From the NCBI GenBank assembly GCA_001724265.1, contig MEDY01000054.1, positions 124,001-188,000 on the forward strand: 64,000 bases of DNA, written 5' to 3'. The position numbers and the translations under genes were made by a program. This DNA is from Rhizaria sp. SCN 62-66. Its lineage: Eukaryota. The notes below the pieces were generated by a model. The model did no database searches. It saw nothing but the letters and a program-made list of their open reading frames with translations, and was not told where the DNA came from. This document shows positions 12,901-26,752 of this stretch, piece by piece; position 1 is the first letter of the stretch; each line of letters begins with the position of its first letter.

Positions 12901-15900
12901 CCGCTCGCCTCGCGCCAAGCCGGCCTAGCGCTCCCGCTCGCGCTCACGGCCGCGCGCGCGCGCTCTGTGACGCAAGCGCCCGGGAGCGCGTCGCTGATGC
13001 ATCCCGATGCAGTGCCGGTCGGCGCGCTGCAGGTGCCTAAGCCCACGGTGCTCGACACCTCGCTCGTGCTTATCGCGAGCCCCGCCAATGTGACGGTTGC
13101 CGCGGCCAGTCACGTACGTCTCAGTCTCATCGCGCGCGACCCAGTGCTGACGGCGGCGCAGGTCGCGCTGGCGGCGTCTGCGCTTGAGGCTGCCGCCGTT
13201 GTCGACGTCAGTGGCAGCGCGGCTGCTGCTGAGGTTGTCGCCGGCGCGCTGCAAACCGCGATGACTGCGCAACAGGACGCTGCGGCCGCCGTGGCCAACA
13301 GCGTCGTCGCCGCGGCTGGCGCTGGTGGCGCGTGGGCGCGGGCCGAGGAACATTTGGAGCTCGACATTGGTCACTTGCACGTTTTTGAGCTCTCGTGGGC
13401 CGCCACCGTGACGATGCCGCCGGGCCCCGCCCTTGCGACCATCTGCGCCGCATCCCCGCTGCGTACGACGCTGCGGCTGCGCGCGCACCGCGGCGGCGAC
13501 GCCTCGCACCCGCTCGTGAGCCTGACGCTGTCGCTGGCGACCGACCGCGCCTCGGCCGCCGCGCGCGCTCTGCCGCTGCGGTTCGCTGCTATCCTGCCGC
13601 CGCACGCGCCCGCGCAGGCGGCGGCGGCGCTGGCTGCTCCCGCCGCGGCGCTGGCCGCCGCCGTGCGCTCGCTTCTGCTGGCGACTGCGACAGCGGGCCC
13701 CGTGCTCGCTGGCTGGCTCGTCACGCCCGATTACACGCACGGCCTGCGCCGTCTCGTGCAGGGCCGCCGCAGGCCCTACACGGCCGAGCCCGCGCGCGGC
13801 GCCACCGACGCCGACGCGCCTTCGCTGGGCCCCGGCGCAGCGCTGGCGACTGCGGAGCTGGGCGACGAGCCCGTCGGCGTGATGCCGCTGGACCGCGTGC
13901 CGCCCGAGGCGCTGCGCCGATTCTGCGCGCTCGCGGCCGCGGCCGTGATGACCTGCACGCCCGACACCACGGTCGGCGCCGACGACACGCGCGTGCCGCG
14001 AGGGCTGTCGCTGGTGTCGTTTGCGGCTGACACTGGCGTCGCGCTGAGCGAGCCCATGCCGCTCGTGGCCGCGCCGTACTCGACGCTCCCCACGCCGCCG
14101 CCCGTCTTCGCCTTCCCGCAGCTGCTGCGCACGCCCGCCGCCGCGCCCGGATTGGCGCCGCTCGACATGTGGTTGGCGTTTCTCGCGCGAGGCGGGCTGC
14201 GGCCGCTCAAGCCAGCCCTGCAGCCCGCGCCACCCGCGTGGCTGCGCGCGGTGTTTGCGTTCCAACCCGCGCGCTTCGGCGGAGCTGTGCCATACTCAGC
14301 CCCCGTCGGCGCGCTCGCCGCGCTGCCCCGCGCCGCCAACGCGAACCTCGAGTCGCGCGCCGCCACGCACGCGACTGCCGCGGCCTCTCCCGCGGCCTTG
14401 GCGCCCTCGGACCCTCTGCAGAAGCCCTATGACCGTCCCGGCACGTGGCTTTGTTCCAACGCCGGCCGCGCCATCGGCGACGCGCTGTGCCGCGCCGCGC
14501 TCTCTGCGCTGCCCGACGGAGGCCGCGGCGCCGGCGCCGGCGCGTTGGCGACGTCGCAGGCGCTGGGTCGGCTCATCGGCTTCCTGCGTACTTCCGCGCA
14601 CGCGCTCAACGCGATCCTGGCGCCCGCACGCGTGCCCCCTGCGGGCGCCGCATCTGAGGACCTCGCGGCGATGACCCTGCTGCTCGCGGGACCCGCGCCG
14701 CTGCTGGGGCTGTATGAGATTGCAGCGCGCTTCCCGTGGCTTGCATACGTGATGTTGCTACGCGACGCCATCGACTCGGCACCGCGGCTCTCTACCGCCG
14801 CGGCCGCGCTGGCCATCGCGGCGCCTCTCAACGCGGCGCCCGCGCTCGCCCTCGCGCACGCTCTGTCGCCCGCGGCGCTCGCGGGCCCCGTCGGCCCCGG
14901 CGCGCCCGCTGTGCCTGCCGCGGAGGCGCACGTCGTGTTCGAGACCACCGCGGCTCGCGCCGCAGTCGTGCTCGCGCTCTGCTGCTGGCGCCCGGAAGCC
15001 GCACCCAAGGCGCCAACGGCCTCGCTTGCGAAGATTGTGCCTGCTGTGACAACTGGCCTCGCGTCTCCGACCGCCGGTGCGGGCAGCCAGATCGCGAGCG
15101 ACTGGGCAGTTTTCAAGCACCCGCTCCTACCTCCGCCCGCGGCGGCCTCGCTGCCTTACACCGTGCTGCCGCTAGCGCTGCAGCTCGTGCTTACCGCGCC
15201 GGGCGGCCTCTGCGCCGCGGCGCCTGGCCTGGGCTCCGCGCTCTCGGCCGCGTCAGCGCCGGCACCGGGCGCATCCCCGCTCTTTACCCCCGCCGACCTG
15301 GCTGCCGGCGCCGCGAGCCCGCGCGCGTTGGCGACGGCCGTGGCGAACATGCAGCTGTGGCACGCCTCCGCCCTGGACCCCACGGCCGCGGCGCGAGCGA
15401 TCGGCGCGAACCCCGGGCTGTGGGGCGGCTTTCGCTCCTTCCAGCTGGGCCGCGGCCTCGCGGCGCTCCACATGCTCCGCGCCTCCTTAGCGCAGATGCT
15501 CGTGCACCACACAGCGGCGCGCGCGCCCTTGATTCCCGCGCACGTCGCGGCCGCGCCCAACAGCGCCGCTGTCGCGCGCGCCGCAGCCGCAGCCGCGGCC
15601 GCAGTGGGCCTGACCGTCAGCGCGGCCGACGACGCCGCTGCACTGGCCTACGCAGCCATGCACTGGCTGGGCACCGCGGCAGGCCCCGGTGCCACCGGCA
15701 TCGCGGGCGGTGCGCTGCGGGAAATGACGCGCTTCTTGCTCTCTGTGCTGCCACCTGAGGCGCGCGCCTCGCCTGCGCACTGCACGTTCGCGGCCAGCGC
15801 AGTGGCGACGCTCACTGCAGCCTCGCGCGCCGGCCTGTCGGGTCCGCTGGTTGAAATCGCGACTGCGCCGTGCGATTACTCGGTCCTGTGGGCTCCCGCT

Positions 15901-18900
15901 GCCGCGCTCAGCGGCCGCGTGAGCTTCATGACCGACTCGCTCAAGACGATCGAGACGACCGCGGCGCGCGAGATGGGTCCCGCCCTCGCGGCCCTCGCCG
16001 AGCGCTGCGCGCTGGCCACCGCGCCCACGGGGCTCGCCGACGCCGCCGCCGCAGCGCTGGGCCGCGCGCAGCTGCCCGTGCAGCTGGGGTGGCGCAGCGT
16101 CGAGGCTCTCACCACCGCCTTCACCATCACCGCTCGCTCTGCCGATGCGGTGCCCCGCGACGTGGCGACGGCCGCCGCGGCCGCGGCTGCCTGCGCGGAC
16201 GGCCTGGCGCCCGCGCTGGCGCTCGAGTCGGCGACCGCGGTGGCCGAATGGCGCCACTGGGTCGAGTCCGCGTGGCGCAACAGCACCGCGGCGCGGCCCG
16301 TCTCCCAGCCGCCGTGCCCGTGGCTGCGGCTTGCTGCCGACGGCGACGGCGACGCGGGGGGCTCGCCCTCGCTCGCGCCGCAGCTGCTGCCGCTGCGCTT
16401 GTCGACTGCGCTTGGGTTGGGCTTGGGCCGCAACGCGCCGGGCGTCTTCTCCGGCGCCGGCGCTGGCATGAGTCTCGACCCCGTCGTCGGCGCGCACTGC
16501 GCCGCAGCATCGCCGTCCAACGGCCTTGCGCTGTGGCTCGATCTCTGCTCGCCCACGCTGGCGCTCGCGCCGCTGTTCGCGTCGCTCAACGCGGTGGGCT
16601 TTGCCGCGGCCTGCGTGACTTCCCCCGCCGCCGCGGCCGCCGCAGCCGCCGCGGGCGCTGCCGCTGGCTTGCCGCATCCACTCGGCCCGCACATCGCGCT
16701 TCCCGACACGGCGGCGACGGCGGGTGAGCTGGGCGGGCCCTCGCCGCGCGCGCTGGCCGTCGTCGCCGCGATCGTTGGCCGCCACCCCGTCATCTCGGCC
16801 GCGCGCTGCCTGCTCTCGCGCCTCCAACAGCGCCGACGCCAGCGAGAGCGCGAGCGCGGCGCTGTCCCGGGCGCTGCCGTGCGCTCCGCCGCGCTCGAAC
16901 ACCTCACCCCCGGCAACACCGTGTGCGTCGATGAGGCCTCGCTCGGCGTGGTCGTCGACTGCAACGCCGGCGACGCGGACGCAGACGTAGGCATGACTGC
17001 GCTCACGCTGCTGCTCGCGCAGGCGTGCTGCCCCGGCCCCGCGCTCGCGTTCCGCGCCACACGCGCGCCCGCAGCGAACGCTGGCAGCGGCAGCACCGCG
17101 GTCGCCGTGGCGAACGCGGCAGCGGGCACGGCGGCCGCGGCGCTGTCGCAGTCGGTGACGACTGCGGCGCACGCCGTGCTGGCGAACTGTCCCAGCGCGC
17201 TGTCCGTCGCCGCGCCGCTGCTGCCCGCGCTCGCGCACGTGCCGCTTGTCTCCGCACTCGCCGCCGCCGCAGCCTGGCGCCGACCCTCCTCCGCCGACGC
17301 CCAGTTGGGCTTCGACGTCGCCGTGTGCACAGCGCTTGCCGCGATGCGCGCGGGCGAGTTCTCGCTCGTCTCGCGCGCCGCTGGCGCGCGCAACGGCGTC
17401 GTATGGCGCGCGGGTGGAGGTGGCGCGGTCGCGGCTGCGTGGGGCGGGCCCAACAGGCTCACTGCGCGCGCCGCCGCCGCGCTAGCCGCGCACACGGGCG
17501 TGCTCTGGGCGCCGCCGCCCGCCTGCACCGCGGGCTCGGAGGCGCCCGCCGACAGCGCAGCCTCAGCGGGCGGCTTGACTTTCCACCCGCTCACTGTCGG
17601 CGTGCCTGCGCCCGACGGCCGCGGCGGCGCGCGCCTGCAGTGGCACTTCACCCCGCCCGCGCCCGCCTCCGTGGCCGTCGCGCCGGCAGCGAGTGCGGTC
17701 GCCGCTGCGACGGGGCTGCTGGTCCCGCTCGGCTCGCCGCAGGCGCTGGGCGGCCTCCGCCTGCCTCCCGCACTGCAACTGCCCGCGTGGGCGCTGGGCG
17801 CGGCCGTGCCCGCGGCGGCGGCGTCACTGGCCGCCGTGGCGCGGACGCTGCGCCGCGCGCGGCTGCTGGCGGTGCGCGACGCCGCCGCCGTGGTAGCCGC
17901 GATGCCGCAGGTGCTGCTGAACGAGCCCACGACGACGCTGGTGCCGTACCGCAGCTTCAGCGGCCGCCCGCTGCGCCAGACGGAACTCGCGCGCTTCAAC
18001 CACACTGCGCTGCGCGTCGACTCGGCGCGCCTGCTCGTGCTCGCCACGGCCGCGCACGGAGGGTTGGGGCTGCGCTTGCGCCTCAGCGTGCCCGTCGAGT
18101 GCTCGAAGGACGACCGCCGCGCCGTGGGGATTTTCGCCGCGCAGCAGCAGCCCTCGAGCGCCCGCAACGCCGCCGGCACGGTGCTTTCGCCCTACGCTGT
18201 GTCGCGCCCCGGTCAAGCAACCGCGGTGGCCGCTGCCGCCGTCAATCGCGCCCGCTTTGTGCGCACCGTCGCGCTCTCTGCCGCCAGCGCCGCCGCGACA
18301 CCGGGTGTTGCCCGCTCTGCGTCCGTCTCGCTCTCTCGTCCCAGCGGCAGCGGCGGCAGTGCGCATGTACGCAACAGTGCGCTTCCCGCCGCGCCGCCCA
18401 GCTACAACGCGCTCATCGCGGAGCGCGCCGGTCAATCTGTTTCGTCGCTCCACGCGCGCGACAACCGGCCCGTGCTGCTGTCGGCGCTCACGCTCCCACC
18501 GGCGTCTGCTGCAGCCGCGGCCGCCGCTGCGAACAGTCTCGGTCGCGTGCGCGTGGGTGCGCCGTGGGTGCGCTCCGCCGACATCGCGCTCGCGCCCGCA
18601 CTGACTTCCGCGGGCGCTGAGGACGACAACGCGCAGAACAGCGCCACGCACCCGCTCCGGCTGGGCGCGTACGCGCTGGCGGCGGCCGTCGGCAAGACGT
18701 TGACCGTGCCCGTGGCGGCCGCCGCGCTCGCCGCGCACTGCGAGTGGCTGCGCGCCACGGCCGCGGCTCTGGTTCGCGCAGACTGCGCGCCGACCGCGCT
18801 GCTGCGCCGTCGCCAATGGCGCGCTCTTGTGCACTCCGTTGCCTTTGCGTGGGATGCGGCGCTGGCTGCGCGCTCGCCTGCCGACGCTGCTGCGGCTGCC

Positions 18901-21900
18901 ACAGTGGCGGTTGCTTCCGTGTCGCCCGGCGCGCTCCGCGCTGACGCCGCGTTGCTGTCGCTCCTGCGTCCCTCTGCCCACGTGCGCATGCACGTTGCGC
19001 TGGTGCGCGCTGCAGCCGCCACCGCGTTGGCGACGCTCGCCGGCGTGCCGCTGCAGACGCTGGTCGCCAGCGGTGTGGTCAGTGACGCCGCAACGGCCCC
19101 GCTGCCCGGTGGTGTGGCGATGGGCGTGGCTGACATCATGGCCGAGCCCGTCACGGCCGCGGTGGCTGCGCCCGCGGTCGCGACGCTTGTCAAGCTGCTT
19201 GCCACCACCGCGCTGCCTGCCGCTCCCGCTGCGGACGCCGCCCCTAACAGAGGCACGAACTCGCAGGCGGCGTTCCTGCTGTTGCTGATGCGGCTGCGCG
19301 ACACGGTGGCGTTTGCGCCACCGCGTCTTGTTGCGCGCGCTTTGCTTGGCACGCTGCGTGTCCGCCGCTCGCCCGTGCGCCCCAAGCTCATCTCGGCCGC
19401 TGCTGGTGCGACGCCCGCTGCTAAGCTCCCCGCGCTGGCAGTGACCGTGAGCGCGCCCATGACTGAGCACGCGCTCTGGGGGCTGGGGCTGCCGCTGGCG
19501 GCCGTCACGCGCTTCGCCCGACTGCGGGCCCGCGCTGCGGCCCCCGGCAACAGCTCCACCGTCGCGGTCTCGTTTGACAGTAGCGGCCACCTGTTCGGCC
19601 CCGCGCACGGCCGCCGCTGCGCGCTGTCACGTGTGCAGCGCTTCCCGCTGACTCTCCCGCTGCACACGCCCGCGCACGCCGCTGAGCTCACCGTCGCTGC
19701 AGCCGCGCTGCTGCTCTCGCTGCGCGGCAGCTGCGGCGCGCGCGGCGGCGGCAGCAAGGCCGACGGCTCGGACGGCGGCGCCGACGCGCGTCTGCTCGCC
19801 GCGTTTGCGCACCGCGACAGTGCGCTGTTGCAGGGCTCTTGGCAAGCTGCAGCCCCCGCGCCGATTCCGTTGGCCGCACTTGTTGCTGCAAGTGCTAATG
19901 GCCGCTGCCATTCCTCCGCCGACTTCGAAGCGGGCAGCCACCCGCTGGCTCCCAACCCGCTAGCTTCTGTGCCCGCAGCTGTTGCGACGAGCGCGGCGGC
20001 TGTCGCGACCGTTGCGCACGCCACCACCGTCACAGCTGCGGTTTCGCCCATCGCGATCCTGGGCGCGGCCTTCGAGCCCGCCGCCGCAGTCTACGCGAGC
20101 CCTGCTCTGGCCCCCGCAGACTACGCTGCAGCCGTGCTCAGCGCGGCCGCGGAACCCGCGCCTCTGTCCGCGCTGTGCACGTGCCTCGGCGCGGGCTCGT
20201 CAGTCAGTCTGCACGCAGCCGCGGCAGGCGCGGCGCCGTCGCGGCCCGGGCAGCTGCCGGTGCCGCACCACGCCGCGCCCGTGCTCGCACTCTCGCTGGC
20301 CGCCGCAGCGCTGGCCCCCGCCGCAGGCGCGCGCACCAACGCCGACTCGGCGCTCGCCGCGCTGGCGGCGCTCGTGACCGTCCCTGCGATGCCCGCGCTA
20401 GCGGCGGACAACGAGCGGCCCGCGCCTGCGTCGCTGGCGCCGCCCGCAGGCTCCCCGCTGACGCGCGGCGACGGCGCCTGGGGCCCGCTGCGCGTGGCCG
20501 CGCTGCGCGCGCCTTTGCTCTCGGTGCTGCAGTCCGCGTTCCCAGTGTCTGTGGCTGAAAGCAACGGCGCGCACCTCGCGACCGCGGGCGCCAGTCTGGC
20601 CGCCGTGGCTGCCGTGCGCGCGCTGGCGGCCGCGCTGTCCGCGACCGCGGGCGTCGCGGAGACCGTGAGCACGCTGCTGCTCACCGCGGACCTGGGCGCC
20701 GCCGCGGCCGCCGGGCGCGGCGCCGTCTCGGCCGTCGCGCTGGGGCTCGGTGCCGTCGACTTTACCGAGGACCTCACCGGCGACGAATGGCGGCTGCTGA
20801 CCCTGGCCGACGACTGCCGCGGCGGGCTCGGCGCCACGGGCTCCGGCGCGAACGGCGCCGCGGCGGGGCTGGCGACGGCGCACGCGACGAACGACACCTG
20901 GGACTCGGAAGACGATGGCGACGACGATGGCGAAGCCGCCGCAGTCGCAGCTGTCGCCGCATCTGAAGCGTCGTTCGCGGACGGACTGAGCCAGGGCGGT
21001 GCCGCGCCGGCGCCCGCGCCTCCGGGCCAGGCCCAGTCGGTCAACCAGGCCGTCAATGGTTCCCGCCATAGCCCGCGCGAAGTCGACGCCGAGGCTGAGG
21101 CTGATCCCGAGTCTGGTGATGATGACGAAAACGTGCTCAAGGCAGCATTCTCATACATGGGCCTTACGATGCCCGTGTTGCCCGAAGACGCCAAAGTGCC
21201 GCCACCGCACAAGGACGACCCGCCCCAGCTGCGCGGGTACACGAGCCGCTTTAAGGGCCGCTGGACGGGCCGCCACGTCAACGTCTCCGACTTCGGGCTG
21301 CAGCACGTGGCGAGCCCGCGCGCGGACGAGCCCGCGGTCGACGACGACGACGAGGGTGCGGGCAAATTGCCGCACGGGTCCGACTTTGTGCCCGGCGCTG
21401 TGTGGCACGACTGCGCCTCTGCGGATGCCGCGACCGCCGCCAGGGCCGCGCTGACCGCCGCCGCGCTTGCAAGCGACTGCGCGCGTGCCAAGAAGTCCGA
21501 ATCCACCTCCATCGCCGCCGCGGCCACCGCCATCGCGCGGCGCGTCCGCGCGGACGGAGCCGCCGCGCTCGCCACTGCGCAGCGGCTGGTGCAAGCCAGC
21601 GCGCTTGCGCCGACGCTGGCCGAGGCCGCGTTCACGCTCTCCGCGTGGGCACCCTACGCCGACGACGCTGTGCGCGTCGCGCGCACGCTGCTCGCCGCAC
21701 AGGGCGCCCATGAGGCCCGCGAGATCGCGGTGCCCGCGCGCCCGCAGCTGCCACGGCTGCCCGTCGCGCCTAGCCCCGCCGTGGCGGCCGCGCTGACGGT
21801 CGCCGTGCTCGGCGCGCTGCACACGCGCGCGGCGCTCGTGCAGCGCCACTGCCTCTGGCTCGCGCGCCGTGCCACCGCGACCGCCATGGCCGCCGCGAGC

Positions 21901-24900
21901 GCCGCGTCGACCGCCGCCGTGTCCGCCGCTGCCACAGGCGCCGAGGGCGCTGCGGGCGAGGCGGGCGTTGCGGCCGTGCTCGCGTGCGCGGTCGACGTAG
22001 CGCTGCAGCACGCGCTGCTGCAGCACTGCCCGATGCCCGCGCCGCTGCTCTGGCTGCCCCACCCCGCGCTGGTGGCCGAGGCCGAGCCCGCGCGGCCGGC
22101 CTGTCCCTGCGGCTGCGCTAGTGGCGCCGCGGCGGCGGACTCGCGCACCGCCGCCGCCGTGGCCGCGACGTTCCACCCCGCGCTGAGCGCGCTGGCGGCG
22201 CGCGCGGCACCCCAGTGCGGCGCGACGTCCGGCGCGCGCGTGCGGCCCGCGGCCGAGACGCCCGCGCTGCGCGGCGTGCTTTGGGCCAACAACGTCGCCG
22301 CCGACGCGCCGCGCTTCTGGATGGCCGCGCCGCACGCGCATGGCGCTCCGCATGCGCGCCTGTTGCTGCGCAGTCTTGCCGCCATCTTGGCCACGGCCTC
22401 GGCCGCCGCTGCGGCGCTGCCTGCCGCCACGCCAGTCGCCGTCGCGCACGCCGCCGCGGCCGCTGCGGTCGCCACGGTGCACGCCGCTGCGGACGCGTTC
22501 GCCTCGGCGCGCGCCGCACTGTCGCCGTGGGAGCGTGCGGTGTGCCCCGGCGTCGGGGACGACTTGTACACCGACGTCGCGGGCATCGCGCTCTTTGCCG
22601 CGCCCGCGGGCGCGCCGCTGTCGCTGCCGCTGCTGCTGCACCCGTTCCTGCCCGACCTGCGTCTGCTCGTACGCAGCTGCGCGCTCCGCGCCTCCGCCGC
22701 CGCGCTCGTGCTCGCGGCGCCCACTGCTGCAGACCAGCCGGCCTCCGCTGTAGCAGCCGCGGCGCGCGCGGGCCTCTCTGCGCTTTGGCGCGTCGCTGGC
22801 CCGCTCGTAGCCGCCGGCGTGCCCGTGCGGCTTGACTTCGATTCCGCGGACCTCGGCGGTGTCACCGTGGCCGAAGCCGTCGCGGACGCAGACGGCCGCG
22901 ACCGCCTGTCCGCGGCCATTGCTCTCTCGCCTGGCGCCGCGCCCAGCGCCAGCGAGTCCGCGCTGGCCGCGCTGCTGCTCACCGTCGCTGAGACCGCGGC
23001 CGAGCTGACTGTGGGCGCGCCCGCCGTCGTCGCGGCTGTGGAGGCACTGGAAGCAGCCGTCGCGGGCGCCGCGGGCGTGCAGGCGGAGAACAACCAGTCT
23101 GAGCCCCCCGCCGCCGCTGGTGCTGCGTCCGCATCTTTTTCCGCTGCTGCCGCTGCTGCTGTCGCAGAGCGCGTTGCCTCGCTGCCGCTGCCCGCGTGCG
23201 CCGAGCTCGTGCTGGACGCGGTGCTAAAGCTGCTGCGCCTGGTGTCGGTGCTAGTCGCCTCAGCCGACCCCCGCGCCGCGCGGCCCACCCTCGCCGCGTT
23301 GCTGCGCCACCCCGCGCTCGCGCGCGCGCTGCTCACGGTTGCGCCCTCGGCCGCGGCAGGCTTCGTCGCCGCGTCGTGCTGCCCCTTCGCCTCGCTGCGC
23401 AACGCCGTCGTGGCGATGGTCGACGGCGTCACCTCACACTGCGAGGCCACCGTCGCCGCTCACGACGCCGTGGCGGCGTACCCGCCCAACACCGTCGCCA
23501 CTGCGGGGCTCGCCGCGCCGTCCACCGCCGCGCGCGCGTGCTGGGGCCGGCTGGGCCGCGTCGCGAACGCGCGCTCGCTCCACCAGCGGGGCTCGCGCGC
23601 CGCGATGGCCGAAGCCGCCGCCACGGGCTCCGCCAAGCTGGTGCTGGCCGCGGCGCGCGCCGTACGCTGCCCCCGCGCTGCCGCCGCCGCGCGCGAGGGA
23701 GCCGTGGCCTCCTTTGGTCTGAGCTTGCTTGCGCGCTGCGACTGGCACACGCTTACGAACGTGACCCGCGCCGAACCCGCCGCTGCCCTTCCCGCTGCGT
23801 CTGTGCAGGCACACGCGCCCGCGCCTGCTGCGTCTGCCGCTGTTGCCACGCTGCCCGTGTTGATGCGCCTCTGGGCGCTGGCCGCGCGGCCCCTCGCGAG
23901 CGGCGAGGCCGCTGAGCTGGACGCCGCCGCGCGCCGCAGCTCCGACGCGACCGCCGCCGCCACGGCCGCCGCGACGCTGTCCGGCGCCGCGGGCGTTGCT
24001 ACAACGCTCTGGGGCCGCTGGCCGATGCTGCGCGAGGCCGTACGCGTGCTTGCAGTCTCGCACGCGCGCGCGGAGTCCAAGCGCGCCGCGGGGTCGCTGT
24101 CTGCGCACACCGCCGCGGCCGTCACGCGCGCTGCGACCGTGCCGCTGCCGCTGGGCGTCGCGCGCGCGTGGGCCCTGCTCTCGGGCGCGCCCGTCGCGTC
24201 GCCGCTTGACGCGTTGGCCGAGGACGCCGCGGTCGCCGCCGTTGACGACGAAGTGGCGACGGCGTCGGCAGTGATGGCGGGCGAGGCCACGCCGCACAGC
24301 GATGCCCCCGCGCGGCCGCTCTGCGCGCACGCCGCGCTGCTGCTCGAGGCTTTCGCGCGCCTGCCTTGGGCGCGCACTGCGCTCGACGCGATGCCAGTGC
24401 AGCACCGCGCGGGGCCCCGCGCCGCGCGCGCGGCCGTGGCGCATCTCTCCGCCGCGCTCGCCGCCGCAGTTGCAGCTGCGCCCGACTCACGCGAGAGCGC
24501 GTGGGCTGCCGAGGCCGCGCTGCTGCAGCCCGTGTCGGCCGTGCCGCAGACGCTGCAGACCGCGGTGCCCGCTTCGCGCGGCCACGTGGCGAGCAGCGGC
24601 GTGCTCTTCGACGGACGCTTCGAGGGCTCCGTCGAGTCCGAGGCGCCGTACCAGCTGCCCGCCGTAGTCGCGGCTGCCAACGCGGCCGCGACGAGCGCGC
24701 TGGCGACGTGGTGCGGCATCCCCGGCGCCCCGGGGCAGCGCGCGCCGACCGCCGCGCGGCTGGGTACGGGCCCCCTGCGCTCGGTGCTTATTGCGATGCA
24801 TGCGGGCGCGGTCGCCGCCGCCGCAGTCGTCGCCGCCGAGGCCGACAAGCCCGTCGGTCTCGCTGACGACGATGATGATGATGACGAGAACGGTGCGCGC

Positions 24901-26721
24901 GCGAGTACGCACCGCGGCAAGTCCGTGTCGCGCTTCTGGTGGCGGCGCGGGCCCGCGGACTACGAGCCCGCCGCGCCGTCGCTCTCGCGCCCGCAGTCGC
25001 TCGCGCAGTCGCCCGCTGCCGCCACGGCCGCTGCCGCAGCCGCGGAGGAAGAGGACGACGCCGCCGCGCACGGCTCCGCGGCCGCGCGGTCCGCGCTGCT
25101 CGCGCTGGCGACACTCTCGCTGCAGCCGGGCGGCGCCGTCGCGCGCTCGTGGTGGCGCCAGCGCGCCTGTCTCGGCGTCGCGCTCATGCTCGCGGCCCCG
25201 CTCGCCGCGCCCGTCGCGCTGCCCGCGGCGCACCCGCTGCTCGCCGCGCCGCCCGCGCTCGCGGCCGCGACTTTCGCAGCCGCGCCGCTGCTGCAGTCGA
25301 GCACCCCCGTGAGCGCGGGCGCGAGCCCCGGGCCGCTGGGCGCGGGCGGGCTGGCGCAGCTGCCCGTGCACGAGCTGTGGGCCGTGGCGCCCGACGTGCA
25401 GGGCGCGACCGTGGGCTCCGTGACCGCGTACCTCGCCGGCCCCGCGGCCTTGCCCGTCGCCGCGGGCGCGCACTCCGCCGCGCTGCTCGCCACCGCGGCT
25501 GGCAAGGCCCGCCGCGCGCTCGCGCCCGCGGCCTTCGCGACCGCGCTCGCCGTGGGCGCCGCCGCGCAGGCGCTTGAGGAGGCCTCGATCGGCGCTCTAG
25601 CGCGCGCCGAGACCCCCGCCGAGGTGCCAGGTCCCGTGGCGGCCGCCATGACGGTTGAGCACGCGCGCGCAGTCGCGTCCGCGGTCTCCGTGGCCGCCGC
25701 CGTCGCGCGCCTCGTAGCGCCGCGCGATCCCGTCCCCGTGGACGCGCACCACGCGCGCCGCGGCGATGAAGAGGAGGAGGGCGCCGGCCACGGCCGCGAG
25801 CGCTTCGGCGAGGGCGAGGGCGAGCCCCACGCGAGCGGCGCTGCCGCCGAAGCCGAGGCCGACGTGAGCGTCGAGCCCGACCTCGACGCCATGTTGTGCG
25901 CGCCGCCGCTGATGGCCGCGGTCGCACTGGCAACGCTGGCCGCGGCTGTGCACGCCACGCTGCCGCTGCTGCACGCGCTGTGCCCGGAGCCGCGCTGCGC
26001 CGCCGCCGCCGCTGCCGTGGCCGCGCCCGCCGCCAGCCAGGCCCTGCTCGCGGCCGCGGGCTGGACGGCCGCTGCAGCCGCCGCGCCTGTGCTCGTGCCG
26101 GTGTCCGCCTCCGCGGCGGCCGCGACGGGCGCGGGCGCAGGCGCGGCTGGTTGGGCCCGGCAGATGGTCGTGTGCGCGCGTGCCGGCCTGGCCTCGCTGC
26201 TGAATCTCGAGCTCAGCCCCAACCTCGCGACCTCGGTCAGCGAGCTCGACGCCAACGCGGCCGCCGCTACTCACGCGCGCTGCGCGCTGGGCGGCGCCAC
26301 GCTGGCCCTGGTGCGCGCGCACACGGCCCGCGGGCTCGCGCCGCCACTCGCCTTTGTCGCGCCCGCCGACAATGCCGGTCACGCGAACGTCAAGGCGAAC
26401 GCGAACGCCCATAACGACGCTCTGTTACGCGTGGGCGCAGCGCCGCGGCCGCTGCTAGTGCTATCGAGCTTGCAGCACGTCGAGCGCAAGGCCAGCGTCG
26501 CGGCGTGGCGCCCGCACGAGGCCGCGGCCTCGGCGCTCGCGCCCCTCGCCGCGGGCTTCGCCGCCATTGCCGCCGCGGAGCGCGCGTTTGGCGCTGACGG
26601 CGACTGCGCCGACGCGGAGGCCGCGCACGCGATCGCCGCAGTCGGGCTCGCGGCCGACGCCTTTGCAGCCGAGCTCGCGCACGCGATTGCGCCGCTGATG
26701 CTGAGCGGCCCGCCCCAGCGC

Positions 26722-26752
<31 letters not shown>

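Noticed and set aside
15876-18179. Long antisense and alternative-frame ORFs (e.g. 767 aa here; also 29587-31665, 50777-52537 and 55662-57635)
   Set aside because: Shadow ORFs expected from very high GC content and GCN codon symmetry. They are Arg/Ala-rich, have no recognisable motifs and overlap real genes.
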